Origin: Eledone cirrhosa
Lineage: Eukaryota
Assembly (NCBI GenBank): GCA_964016885.1
Contig: OZ024750.1
Location: 8,184,001-8,248,000 of the forward strand
Reading direction: 5' to 3'
DNA: 64,000 bases
Part shown: in pieces, positions 29,078 through 43,525 of the stretch
How positions within the stretch are numbered: the first letter of the stretch is position 1
How the letters are laid out: every line of letters starts with the position of its first letter
Translations under genes and position numbers: made by a program
Notes under the pieces: model-generated
The model's input: the letters and a program-made list of their open reading frames with translations, nothing else
Databases searched by the model: none
What the model was told of the DNA's origin: nothing

Positions 29078-29500
29078 TTGAGTAACACTGAGGTTGATAG
29101 TGTTGAGCTGAGTAGCACTGGGCTGAGTAATGTTGGGAATGGTACTGCTGAGCTGAGTAACACTGAGCTTGGTACCCTTGAGCTGAGTAATACTGAGCTT
29201 GATACTACTGATCTGAGTAACACTGAGCTTGATGCTGCTGAGCTGAGTAACGTTGAGATTGGTGCTGCTGAGCTGAGTAACGATAAGGTTGGTGCTGCTG
29301 AACGGAGTAATGCTGGGATTCGTACTGTTGAGCTGAGTAACACTGAGCTTGTTACTGCTAAGCTGAGTAACACTGATCTTGGTACTACTGAGCTGAATAA
29401 CACTGAACTGAGTAACACTAAGTTAAGTAACAATCAACAGGGTAGCACTGAGTCTGATAACATTGAGCCAATTAACACTGAGCTGGGTAACACTCAATTG
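29078..29500. repeat. 15/30-bp minisatellite (ctgagctgagtaaca), open reading frame on both strands
   Basis: Plus strand gives (T/A)ELSN-TELG(T) pentapeptide repeats; minus strand gives LLSS repeats. Confidence 0.85.
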
Positions 29501-32058
29501 GACGGAACTCAATCTGGATGCACTCACTTTTGTTGCTAGCATTCTAGGCACCTTTATCACATCTTACTAGTCCTGACAGTAATTAACTTTGATAATTATG
29601 TAATTAAACAAAGCCCGAACATCTTAATGTGTAATTGAAAGTCAATACTGAGATCTGGTTTAAAATGCCATTTGCCTATTACTTTAAATAAGAAAGCTGA
29701 GTTGGCTTCTTAAGAATATGTCATCCATCAACATTTATCAGATGCTTTTCATTCAACAATGCCTCTTCCTGTTATGAAGAACCCATTAAGCAATGGTATT
29801 GATTAATTATTTTCTAATGGACAATACAGTGAATCTCGGGTTCATTTTATTCATTTGATAAGGACAAGTTTTCTTTCATGTGTTATTGATAATTCCTCAT
29901 TCCTTGTACTCCAGAACAGCAACCATTCACATTTATTTCTCATCCTGAATAAAAATTGATTTCTTTCAACGGGTCACACAACCGAAGTTTCTCTAGCATC
30001 GTTAGAATTGATTAAATTGATTCCAATACCCTATTGGTATTGATTTATATTGGATGGAAAATCTGACAAGGTAGAGAGTGGAGGTTACGTTTTTTAAAGT
30101 ATTAATTTGACGTTCAACTATAGAGTATAACAACTACATTTTACCAATCATTAACTTGTGGTATTGTATTGTTACTTTGGGAAAGACATAAATTGTGTTA
30201 GGTACAATGTGTCTTTAAGACTATATGTTCAATCGTTTTGTTGTGTATACGTTTGTAAGGTTGCGAAGCACTTGTTAAAACGATGTTTGTTATGACTATA
30301 TATTCTATAAGCTGTGAAGCACTTGTTAAAGCAATGTTTGATATATTCTTCCTTCATTACTATATATATTCTATCGTTTTGTTGTGTGTGTATAATCTTA
30401 AAAGGCTGTGAAGCACTTGTAAGAACAATATTCAGTTATTGAAGTTGGCAACAATATATCAATCATATATTACGTTAGAAAGATGGATCTCAAACCAGAA
30501 TTCAAAGACATTTTATAATATATATATAACTCTGACAATAATTTCCACATGTCAACCGTCCACTTTAGAAACATTCCGTTGTCTTATAAACGCAAAATCT
30601 TTCCTCATAATATCTAATATATTACAACTAGGAGGAACATAGTGAAATATTTTTTTTGTATCTTTAGAGAGTTCGACTATTTAGTGCAGCATGTGGAAAG
30701 TACAAAAGCTCTGAATTTTCTCTGGAGTATATTTTCTTTCCATACATCTTCTTGAAAAGAGTTTGGTTTATTCTACATAAAGGATGGAAAACAAAGAAAC
30801 AATAACTAGCTATAACTTGATGGGAACCTGACCAAAGTTCTGTCTTTTACTCCTAAGTAGAATCTAAGAGGCGTTATAATTGGGTTATTCATAATAAATA
30901 GATGGAACTTAATAATAAAATTGTAGAAACCATTATCCTTAATAGACCACTTTCGAATACTACCTAATAGCCTTCCGCTGAAAATTCCAAATATTCGAAT
31001 TGATGTATAGGCACGGGGACTCAGCACACCGAGTTGTAGATTAGACTTGATCATTCGTAGCGACATATTAAATAGAATTTTCTCAAGTGTGTATGGTGAG
31101 TAGCTTTTCAGGAAATAGGCGAATATCCAGTAATTTGTTAAGATGAAGCAGTTCTATTGAGAATACAAAAATGGTTATTCTTCAATCGATATACAGAAAT
31201 TTATATAACCTTCCTATTAGAAGCCATTCACAAGGCTAGTTTTAAATATGGCTACCTTCCTACAGTCATTTCACTGATTAGAAAAAACAGCGAACGGTAT
31301 AAATAATAATGATTTCCTTTTAAAGCGACACAATGCCAAGTTTTATTGAGGGGTGGGTAGAACTGAAATGCCTTAAATGTATTAAAAATAGACCACGGCA
31401 GAGTAGACTTTAAAATTAGAATGCAGATGTGCGAAATCAAAAGCTACAAGACATTTTGTTCAGCGCCAGATCATTTCTGTCGACTCAACATCTTTTAACT
31501 AGAAATTATATTTACTAGTCAACTAAAATTAATTACATCTCTTGACACCTGGTGAGAACAGATAAATAAAATAGATAAGAAACGTGATCTCGCGTTGAAA
31601 GGTAAGTACCTAAAAAATAAAGGATCGTGATCTACATGCACGTACTGATTTTCTTTGAAAAAAAATATTTACGTTTATGAATTATTTCGATGATATTTTC
31701 ATTTTACTTTACTTTATCTTGGAAAACAAATTTTATAAGCATTTTAAACCACAAGACGTTCCTTACAGCTGTCGACTGGAAATCACGAGGATTTTGACAT
31801 CTTCTCACAGTATCGCTCCTTATAGTAGTACTGAGCAACATTTATGTTACAAGTGTGAATGTGTTTGGGTTGCTTTGGTGGACACTGTAGCATATCAAAT
31901 CTTTCTTCGGTTATCATGGCAGCCCTCATACAGAGATAGGGTCGGTTGCAACATTTCAACCAAGTAGCAACTGTCCCTCTCTGCGTATAACGAATCACTG
32001 CTCAACTGTCCTTCCTAAGTTCAATACCAGTCACGTAGTGCATCGTATAATATATATG

Positions 32059-32129
<71 letters not shown>

Positions 32130-32137
<8 letters not shown>

Positions 32138-32325
32138 AATGACTACTACAGGACTAGAATTGTTTCATTCGAAAGAAATAATCAGGAAAGCCCCTGATGA
32201 TTTCTTTCGAATTAAACAGTTCTAGTCCTGTAGAAGCCATTTCTATATTGAATTTGATGTTTACTCTCTACTAATGTATTGAGTACCTTACATACTGTGG
32301 TTACCCACGATTGAACCCGGTTTAC
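32130..32325. mobile_element. Hairpin repeat family (ctacaggactagaa...ttctagtcctgtag) with HHR-like core remnants; relatives at ~26180-26340, ~57325-57494, ~14450-14580
   Basis: Hairpin 32130-32249. Consensus from the copies is CTGATGA-T TTC TTTC GAA T-GAAACAGTTCTAG. Confidence 0.75.
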
Positions 32326-32522
32326 ACTTATATATATATATATAGTATTCACTTATATATATATATATATATATGTGTGCGTGTGTAAAGAATTTCACTT
32401 AAGTTCCTTTTCTTTATCCGATAAGATCTTCAGTCATGTTTACCTATCTATAAGATAACTACATAAAACAGAATCCATACAATATATATATATTTATATA
32501 TTTATTTATTTTATTCTTGCAG

Positions 32523-32672
32523 GATAAACAAAAGAAATTGTGGCATACGCCATATTACGACAATGAAATCAAACTGAAACAACTTTATATCAAAATCTGC
32601 AAAAACCTACCTGCCTATGGATGTAAACTGTATCAAGTGAAGGAAAATCTCAGAGGAAATACGCAGAAAAAG
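32523..32672 (+). CDS. Exon of the same FERM protein spanning the F2/F3 boundary (DKQKKLWHTPYYDNEIKLKQLYIKICKNLPAYGCKLYQVKENLRGNTQKK)
   Basis: ttttattcttgcAG acceptor, AAG|GTAGCG donor, 150 nt phase 0-0, in frame with 15918. Aligns by eye to talin SEIEAKVRYVKLARSLKTYGVSFFLVKEKMKGKNK. Not in the supplied ORF track. Confidence 0.9.
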
Positions 32673-33104
32673 GTAGCGTGATGTTTATTCTACAATTTGT
32701 ATTCTATAGTCGGCGCAATTGCTTGCTTTTTGCCTTCTTTTTTTTTTCATGCTTTCCCTTTCATTTTGTCATAAAATTTCTTTCTTTTCTAAGAAAACAT
32801 CACAAGAGCATGATAATCTAAGATGCGCATGTCAACATTTTTTGCTATTTTATTTTTTTTTTTACATACATTATTCCTAATACGTGTTAAACCGAAGCTA
32901 ACCACATACATTTGCTTACACATACATACATACACGCATCCATATGCATATATACACAACATACAAACATACGCGTGTAACATATCTATATATATATACA
33001 CTTATATATATATATATATATAACATATATATAACACACACACACTCACAGATATATATATACGCATATATATATGTGTGTATGTGCATATATATACATT
33101 TATT

Positions 33105-33142
<38 letters not shown>

Positions 33143-33508
33143 ACATAGAAAGATAGAGATGGAATTGTAGAATTGCGAGAGCAAACTGGGAATGGAATCC
33201 AATGAGTTCTTGTTGAAAACTCAAGTATGTTTACTTTATACTTTTTATACTTAGCGAACTTGCGTCATCTACCCTTTTAAGTTTAAGCATGCAAGGTTGT
33301 TCTGACGTAGTTTACATGTACGACTTCACAACAGCAGTCTGATTCGCGTTATCTCCCATAATCTTACATCGTGTCAAAATGGCGTATCTCTAATTATTTG
33401 CTCACACTTTTAGAACAAGAGAACGATGCTCTAGCTAGGCTCTAGATATGGATGCTGAAACAATCTAAATAGTTGAATGTATAATAGAATAGACACACAT
33501 ATCACAAT

Positions 33509-33569
<61 letters not shown>

Positions 33570-34271
33570 ACACATACATATATGTTTGTGTATAATGAAA
33601 ATGAGTGAAATACTTAATATATAGATTTCCTGCAGAGGGATAACCAAGACCACATGTCTGGGAGCATAGAACAAATGATTATATCGATTACTTGTTAATC
33701 TACAGATTCTACTAATCCGCAGATTTAATACAATTAATATCTTCCTTTCTTACTTAAGCACATTACTTCACATTTTTGGGTAAAGGTATAATCGATTTTA
33801 TAGACCCCATTACATGTCTTGTACGTATGTTCTCTTCTTAGGAAGGCTGGAAGTCAAATTAGATCCCTTTGGGATTTCAACACTATGCTATAAAGGTGTT
33901 ATATGTGGTAGAGCATCAAATAAAATGCTTTACAATACTTAAATACACATCTTTCTGGTCTGTGTTTGTATCTATCTGTAGTTAACTTCACTATTCACCT
34001 TTTTTGGTTGAAATAATAAATGCCAAGGAATGACCTACATTGACATAAGCAACAATATTCTCTCTCTCCAAATGTTAGACGTCAATATATACTAACTGTG
34101 TTTTAATTATTGAAGTGTATAAATATAGATCTTTGAATTAAATAGAAATATGCTTAAGTAAACGAAATTAAAGACAATACATCTGGTGTCAAATTGAGAT
34201 TGAATGTTATAAAATGTGTGCGCAAAGATGGTATCAACTACTCTACAGATTATCTAACGGAATCATTGCAG

Positions 34272-34436
<165 letters not shown>

Positions 34437-34518
34437 TTTTACCTGTTCCAGCCATCTGGCTGAGGCCATATATATATATGTGTGTGTGTACAAATCGCAG
34501 AACGAGTGACATTATTAT

Positions 34519-34700
34519 TTGGCAGTATCGGTAGAGGGTCGGACGCCATGCTTTGACGTATTGAGTTACGGCCCTTGCCATTCTGAGTTCAAATCCCGCC
34601 GAGGTTGACTTTGCCTTTCATCCTTACGGGGTCGATAAAATAAAGTACCAGTAATACACTGGGGTAATAGTTGGCCTTGTGCAAAAGTTGAAACAATTAT
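34519..34700 (+). mobile_element. SINE copy
   Basis: Same family. Confidence 0.85.
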
Positions 34701-35534
34701 TACTTACCTTTTAAATTCTATTTGTTATAACTTTGGTTAAGATTGAAAACTCCATACTAAGAGGCAGCTAACTTATCTCAGCACAGTCTACCATATAACA
34801 TTATATATAACTTCAAGCTTCATAAGAGGAACTATCTATTAATACTACGTACAGACTATGTAAAGAGGGCTCTGAAAATAGTTATTAGTACACAACTTAA
34901 ATGAATGTAACTAACATTGAATATTTGAAGCACTGGTGTTAATTTGTACAAAATGCTGGGGGGAGGGGGGGGGTCATTTTTATTATATTTATTTTTTTCA
35001 AGATAAATAATTTTGTAATTTTCTTTCCTGATATATTGTTAAACATTACAAAATTCATCTAAAACATTGTCCTGCATTTTCACACTTTTTTTATGCGCAG
35101 GGGAAAAGTTACGAGAAAATTAACTCCATAATAGATGTTCAGTGAGAGTGTTACAAATAACACACCAGGTGAAAGTTTATTTGAAGAATAGTTTCACACT
35201 TGATTGATTACTGTATTATAAAATATATAAGTGATAAAATTTGATTAAGTCGCCAACGTTGGTTATACCTTAGAACCATGATGCATGTTGCGAACATTTA
35301 GAGCTAATATATTTCGGTAACATTTTGTATCTTTTAACAACCCCTACCCGTATTTAGGTCACATTTTAATCATGTAGCAACTGTCAGAAAAGGCTACAAT
35401 CAGAAAATTGTTGTCAGTAACATCATGGGTCTGTAATGAACTTCTGCTTAATATTACTTATTTCAGCAGGTCCCAAATTTTCTACCGTTGGTGCTTGGTC
35501 TCCTCATTCAGTAAAAAAAAATATATATATATAT

Positions 35535-36062
35535 AGATTGTTATACTTTGGGAGGGTCATGTTGCCAATAAGAAACACACGCACCAGTTGCTTTCACTTC
35601 AATTTATTATAAATTAAATTTATAAATTTAGGAACTTATAAATTTCCCGTTCGTTGGTTGGTTCCACAGCCAGACGATTGTTCATATATTGACAAAGTTC
35701 TTTCGTCACACATTTTGTGACCTCTTCAGTGACAGGGATTCTTTTCTTTGTTTTTGTGCCTCTCTTTTGTTCTGTCCTACGCCATCTTGTTTTTGACACA
35801 CAAAAACAAGATGGCGTAGGACAGAACAAAGGAGAGGCACAAAAACAAAGAAAAGAATCCCCAGTCACTGAAGAGGTCACAGAATGTGTGACGAAAGAAC
35901 TTTGACAATATATGAACAATCGTCTGGTTGTGGAACCAACCAACCAACCGGAAATTTATAAATTCCTAAATTTATAAATTTAATTTATAATAAATTGAAG
36001 TGAAAGCATCTGGTGCCTGTGTTTCTTATTGGCAACATGACCCTCCCAAAGTATAACAATCT
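35535..36062. mobile_element. Fold-back (palindromic) element, ~261-bp arms, 5-nt loop 35796-35800
   Basis: Arms are near-perfect reverse complements with scattered mismatches, flanked by TA/CT repeats. Related fragments at ~42156-42240 and ~51705-51740. Confidence 0.9.
35864..35906 (+). ncRNA. Hammerhead motif in the right arm of a 528-bp palindrome (mirror copy 35691-35733, - strand)
   Basis: GTCA-CTGAAGA-G GTCACA GAATG TGTGAC-GAAA-G AA C-TT-TGAC. CUU site; one extra G before stem II in both arms. Confidence 0.68.
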
Positions 36063-36189
36063 CTCTCTCTCTATATATATAGACATTCCTTTATATATAT
36101 AAAGATTCAGGATCCTGAATGATCTCCGGCCATTTCGACAGCTAGATCTTAACTCATATATATATATATATATATATTTAGCACAATTC

Positions 36190-36500
36190 AGAACAAGATT
36201 GTTTTTAACATCTTTTCTAAGTGAGCTTAGGGCTTCCTTATATTTGTTTACTACAATGAGGTTTCCACTCCAGAGTCTCATTCGGTATGCTTCCCTCACT
36301 CATTCATAGTACATGACCCAGCCACTTTAACCGTCTTATTCACAGGATTAATATTAATTTCTTCTATCCTACTGTCCTGAGAATTTCCACAACGGTGATT
36401 CGATCGCTGTATGTTATTACATCCATGTAGGTTATTACACATCTAGATTACATCCAATGTCATCTCATCAGTATTGTATAATTGACGCATGCCACTGCAA
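36190..36500 (-). mobile_element. Degenerate RTE-like LINE fragment
   Basis: Minus-strand IRRLKWLGHVL*MSEGSIPNETLEWKP. Confidence 0.6.
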
Positions 36501-38655
36501 AGGACACGAATAGACAAACATATTTCAACTTTTCTACTGATTTTGTTTTAGTATCCAAATGTTAGCAAGAATACTAATATGTATGTATATATGTATTATG
36601 TATGTATGTATGCATATATGCATGTATGTGTGTGTCACTGTGTGTGTGTGAGTGTGAGAAAAAGAAAGAGCGAATGGATGAGTGTGTACACATGTTTATG
36701 GTAATATGCTGATATGTTCTCTTGGAATCAGTGAAATGTTGAGCCTGGTTAGTTCTTAGACGAGTAATCACTTGGGAAAGGTTGTGTAAGTATATTTAAG
36801 TACACACAAATTGAGGAAGTGTCTTTTATGATAGCCCCCAGCTGAATCAACTCTTAGGACTAAAATGAGTATACTGAAATTGCAGAAGCCACTTAGGCGG
36901 TCTGTATCTCTAATTCAAAGAGTTGGCTCTATCATGCATTGTTTCATTGTAATTCATCCTGAGAATTCCATTAATGCTACACGTATCTGGAATAATCAGT
37001 CAGTTACACGCTAATAGATTGATCGCAATAATCGAGTTAATCGAAAAGCTTGAACACTTCTCGTCGAAACCGAAAGAGAATTCATTTAATTTTTTAACAT
37101 AGATGCATGTCTAACTAGCAAAAAAGAATATTCTTATTTAAACACACCAACGATTTCCTATCTTTTCACAGAATCAGAATAGTATCTTCTGGAATGGAGT
37201 CAGCTAGGCTGACATACAGTATTGACAATAGTTGATGAATTTCAAAGCTCATTTCAGTGCAAATTTACATAGAAGCAGATCTACATATAGAAGGAAATAT
37301 ATTCTAATTGTCAAATATGTCAGTCTATAGCCCCGCCCGTTATTATTTCTAAGATAAATACATGACCACCCATGCTGAGGGGAGCAATATTGTCAAATAC
37401 AACTACCCTAATATGTGACTGGTATTTTATTTCAACGACCACCGAAGAATACAAGTCAGTCACTTCGTTGGGATCTGAATTCAGCAGGTAGATAAATGCA
37501 ACTTTATCTCACCAAGAATTTTGTTCGACGCTCAATCAATTCTAACAATCCAAAAGATGAAGATATCCCATTTAGAGTTTTCAACTAATATCCCAAGTTA
37601 CAACTGAAATGAATTATTACAGAACATTGTTTCTAACAAGATATTACATGACAACCGAAGGTTTTGATGATTAAGTGAAGAAGTAACCAGATTACTTCAC
37701 TAAGGTGTCTAATCATAAAATACCCAGGAGAAATATATATACACTAATATTGTGTAGTTGAAGAAGACATTTTGAAACGTAACCCTTGCATTATTAACTA
37801 TTTATCACATGATTGTTACCTCTTCAAAAAGGAAGGTTAATTTGTTTTAGTTAAGCGTGAGCTAATTAACTAGGGAATAGTAATCCACAGTAACCACTAT
37901 TATTAATTTGATGTGCCAAAAGTAGAAACAATTATTAATTTAAAGTTAACTCCCTTTTATCCCAAACAGATTTCTCTTTGAAAAGAGTCGTATAAGAACG
38001 TTTCACAAATGTTCTCTCAACTCTCTTGTTAAGTGTTAATTGTTAATATCAACGACGTCATTGAATCCGAACACTACGTTTTCACTTCCACTTTCTCTGT
38101 GGAGAATGTCTCAGTTTATTTTAAGAAGTTTACCACATTCCTAGATACGTCACATTTTCAGCTTTTACGATAAGCCTATTTGAAATGTTCGTTTCTTTTG
38201 GTCCTTTTCTTTCTCAATTTTCTGTATATAGAATCAATCCAGTGCTATTTTCCTCTCTATCATTTGTTGTGTCAACTATATTTCTAATCTTTTCACTTGA
38301 AATGTCATTCTATAGTTAATTTTGTGTATTTTCTTCCCTGTTCTCTTGGTTTATTATCTTAATCCTCTCAGAATATATTAGCATAGTTAATTATATTAGA
38401 AGACAATCCTGAAAGAAGGAATTGTGCTTCATTATTTTCGTTGTATTTTTGTGCTTTTTCAAGAATCATAGTTAGCAAAGTTATCCTTGTTCGATACATC
38501 TTGCTATAAATAAGTGACACGAGGCTAAGCGGCTCATATTACTGTAAAGGTCAAAATGGGAGAGCTCAGTACCACGAACGGTAACTTAGCAGATTTTGAT
38601 TGATGAGTTACGACCAACACACATACACGCATACACATACATATATATATATATG

Positions 38656-38710
<55 letters not shown>

Positions 38711-38727
38711 GTGTGTGTATGTAAACA

Positions 38728-38781
<54 letters not shown>

Positions 38782-39175
38782 TGGGTCGTCAAGTATGAAG
38801 TTTGTAGAAATTTTTTTTCCACAAACGTCTACAAATTTCAAACTTTACGACCGAATATATATATATATATATATATATGGGGGGGGGGGCAACCAGCACA
38901 GAGGAACTTTACAGTATAATGAAGACATATGTTAGTTTAACGCTTGATATGGTATGAAAGGAGCCGCAATATTTCAGGCGTTAGTCTTTCATCAGAATTT
39001 AAAATATATGATAAAAAGAAGATATAGAAAGATAGACGAGAGTACGAAAATGAAGCAACGGACATTTTTGTTTTCGGAGGGAAAGCACGTATATATATAT
39101 ATATAATGTCTGTGTATATATGTGTGTTTATATATATATATATATATATATATAATGTGCGTGTGTGTGTATGTA

Positions 39176-39208
<33 letters not shown>

Positions 39209-40152
39209 GTGTGTGTGTATGTATGTGTGTGTGTGTATATATATATATATGTGTGTGTGTGTGTATATATGTGTGTGTGTGTATATATGTGTCTGTGTGT
39301 ATATATATGTGTGTGTGTATATATATGTGTGTGTGTGTGTGTATACATACGCATACATATATCAGTGTGTAGAAGACCTACATTTAGAAGCCCATTACAA
39401 CGTTTTATTTTAGGATATTCATACGTTCTTGTAATATGTCAACAAGTCAGCGTGAGTGAGAGAGAGAAAGAAAGGAAAAATGGAAGAGAGAGAGAAGGAG
39501 AGGAGGAGCCGGGGGAGAATGTATACATTAAATAAGGTACTTTTCATTATTTCGACACATATAATTATCTAATTCAGGAAATACTTGTATCGTATCAGAA
39601 GAAAACTCCGTCTTTCTTTTTATTGTTATACTTCTTCACGAAAGGTATACTTTCATTTTTTTACAAATGCCAAACTTCTCATGTTTTTGTGAAGAGCAAA
39701 ACTTCCTGAAGGTGTGAAGCGGTGAATGTGAAGTCGAATGACTTCAAGCAAGAATCGAAATTACGTATCGATAGATCAATAGTTGTATTCTTTGAATGTT
39801 TTCAGGGAGCTTATTTCTCTAAATATTCATAAAAGTATTGACTAGAATTGAATTCTTAAATAGCATGCCCTACTCAGTATTTCAGTGTTTCGAGTCCCAA
39901 TGCCGTGCTCGCATAACTATATATAGATATATGATTGTATCTATAGATGTTTGAAGAATATCCTGATCGAACTTTAGTGTAGACAGAAATGAAGAAGATG
40001 AGGATAATAGGTCGAGGAATATAACTAAAAATAATGAACCTACTTCAATCCATATTTATAATATCTTTAAGACAAATTGTTGGATCTCAGCCAAATTGTA
40101 GATTTGACACGGCAAAGGCTACCGCTTGTACTGCAACATTCTCTCCACCTTA

Positions 40153-40206
<54 letters not shown>

Positions 40207-40730
40207 TTTGAAATGAGCAACATCTTTTGGAAGAGAGGATTTAGCGAATCAATGCTAAGTATTTAGTCTGACATCGCTTCTGCCACGGCTGCCTTTCTAC
40301 AACAAATATAAAATAATATTGACTATTTTGTTCTCTCTACATATCAACAACAATGTTTAACTTTGGCGTGACGCCATGAATTTATAGAGAAAGATGTTGG
40401 AGATGGAATGAATTCCATTACATGACTGGTGATTATTTTACAGATTGCGGATAAGTGAAAGTTAAAATCCGAATCTAAATATGCAAATTTATTTCGATTT
40501 CTAAAGTAAGCACAAGAGCTCGCAGCTAAAGGAGTATAGTCGATTAATATGACTCCCTTAACGATTCCATAAAGATAAACTGCAAAATCAATATGGTGTA
40601 GTTTGAGTCAAGTATGTAAAGAGACGCAAATAATAAATGCAGCAAAGTGTTTGTCCAATGGTTTACCAGATCTGCTAATCCATCACAATTGTTCACTTTT
40701 TAAAAATGCATATCATTATTAAACTGTTAA

Positions 40731-42090
40731 GGGTGGTGGATTGGCAGTATCGGTAGAGAGTCGGACGCCATGCTTTGCAGCAAAGAGTTACGGCCCTTTA
40801 TGGTCTGAGTTCCAATCCGGCCGAGTTTAACTGCCTTTCATCCTTACGGGGTCGATAAAATATAGTACCAGTAATGCACTGGAATAATTACTCGCCTTGT
40901 GCCAAAAGTAGAAACAATTATTATACTTTAATAAGGGGTGCACTATGGCAATGAAATACAAGTTTAGCAAGCCGAAATTGTGATAAGGATTAAATTTACA
41001 AGTAAAATATGTTCGCTTCACCTTCATCTCTCGTGCTTTTAGGAAATGCATGAACACGCAAGTTTCTATTTCTCATTAATAAATATGATCATTTGCATCC
41101 ATGGAAGAAATCATTAATTATATTTCCTGATAATTAACGATTATAGGCTGCAAATGAAGACCCTATTGGAAACACGTCCTCATATATATATATCATCATC
41201 CCCATCTATTCCATTGATTTAATCAAGATATATTGTAACAATGATAATTACTTAAACATTGTAATACTCATTATGATATACCGAAGGACATTGAGAGAAA
41301 TCATACTGATTTCTCAGTTTATGAATAATTGTTTCTACTTTTGGCACAAGGCCAGCAATTACCCAGTGCATTACTGGTACTTTATTTTATCGACCCCGTA
41401 GGGTTGAAAGGCAAATTAACCTCGGCGGGATTTGTACTCAGACCGTAAAGGGACGTAACTGTACTAGAAAGCATGGCGTCCGACCCTCTACCGATACTGC
41501 CAATCCACCTAATACTACATACCAAAACATTCATGGGAACCTTTCGGTAGAAAATGATGTCGAAAACATTACAATTAGATGACAAGATACTTCGTCGCTC
41601 GAAGTGAATGCTGTAAACTTGTACAAAGCTCCCAGATTTTAAGTCGAGTGCGTAACGTAGAATCCATTCTTAGTAGGACTAATCCATGCTCCGATATTTG
41701 GCTAAATAAATCATTTGAGTATGAAACACTTGATGAATGCAATATGATAATATGGTTCCATGAGTTATTTTTTAAGGGTGGTGAATTGGCAGCAGTATTG
41801 ATTGAGTTCAAATCCCGCCGAGGTTGACTTTGCCTTTCATCCTTACGGGGTCGATAAAATAAAGTTCCAGTAATGCACTGGGTAATTGCTGGCCTTGTGC
41901 CTAAAGTAGAAACAAGTATTGATTGAGGGTCGGACGCCATGCTTTCTAGCATAGTTACGTCCCTTTACGGTCTGAGTTCAAATCCCACCGAGGTTAGCTT
42001 TGCCTTTCATCCTTACGAGGTCGATAAAATAAAGTACCAGTAATGCATTGGGTAATTGCTGGCCTTGTGCCAAAAGTAGAAACAATTATT
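40731..42090. mobile_element. SINE cluster: 40731-40923 (+), 41324-41510 (-), nested pair 41776-42090 (+)
   Basis: Same family. The nested copy is flanked by 13-bp TSD agtattgattgag (41794-41806, 41915-41927). Confidence 0.85.
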
Positions 42091-42298
42091 TTACTGGAGA
42101 TTAGCGTTACACACACTAAATAACCATCTGGTTATTAAACTAACCAAGTGGGAGTTTATAATAAATTGAAGTGAAAATCCAACAGGTGCGTGTGTTTGTG
42201 TGTTTTTATTGGCAACATGACTCTACCAAGGTATAACAATGTCGGTTTCAACATACGTTTTCAGATAAGAGATACTGCTGTGAAACAAATGCAGTGTA

Positions 42299-42337
<39 letters not shown>

Positions 42338-42482
42338 ATGTATATGTATGTGTGTATGTATGTATATGTGTGTATGTATGTATATGTGTGTATGTATATA
42401 TGTATATATAATCTTATATGTGTATATATATGTATAAGTATATCTTTATGTGTGTATGTATATATGTATATGTGTGTATGTA

Positions 42483-42513
<31 letters not shown>

Positions 42514-42802
42514 GAATTTGTATGTATGTATATATATATATATAAATTTGTATGTATGTATGTATATATATATGTATGCATTTGTATGTATATATATATA
42601 TATAAAGATCGATCGATCGACTTTCGTCAAATCTGACCGAGGAAACAATGTTTCCGTTGGTCTTTCCAATTGCTAATACTATCTATCGGTCGCAACTCCA
42701 GGTAGAAGGAGCAACGTGAAATAAAGTGTCTTGCTCAAGGAATCGAACTCACAACCTCAAGACTGTGAATCCAATTCTCTAACCACTCAGCCACACGCCT
42801 TT

Positions 42803-42887
<85 letters not shown>

Positions 42888-43086
42888 TCTCTCTCTCTTC
42901 CCAGAATTGTCTTCTGAGTTTGGTGACAAACTTATGTTTAACGGTTAGATGTGCAAGACATCAACCTGACTTCGACCTCCATCAGACTTGGAATCTGAAT
43001 GGTTAGCAAAGGTCATAGGCAGAGTTACTTCTCCTCGAGCAATATAATACTTATACGCATACACTTACCTACATGCACATGCAGTT

Positions 43087-43133
<47 letters not shown>

Positions 43134-43472
43134 TATATGCTGTGTGTGGGGGCCGTGTGTAATAAGCATAATTTATTTTCACTCCTAATTCTGCAACAGA
43201 GAAAAGTGTTGATCACTGAGCTGAACGTGTATAATTGATTTAAACAGAGCACCACTCACTTAGAAATACACACACACACACACACACAGTGAAGGATATA
43301 CACACATATAGAGTGGGGGACACACATACACACATATATAGAGGACACACATACACACATATACAGTGGAGGCCTTTCGTTGTTGCCTTACGTACCAGTG
43401 GGTCTAACGAACAGTAGATAGACAGCAGTAGATACACATACACTAACAATGGGGATACTGGTACACACACGC

Positions 43473-43525
<53 letters not shown>

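Noticed and set aside
30750-31240. Possible autonomous Penelope RT or transposase remnant
   Set aside because: Multiple stops in the frames I translated and no recognisable RT, GIY-YIG or DDE motif.
35535-36062. Palindromes as sequencing fold-back artefacts
   Set aside because: Arms differ by substitutions and indels and the families recur elsewhere, which favours real, aged insertions. Read-level checking is still advisable.
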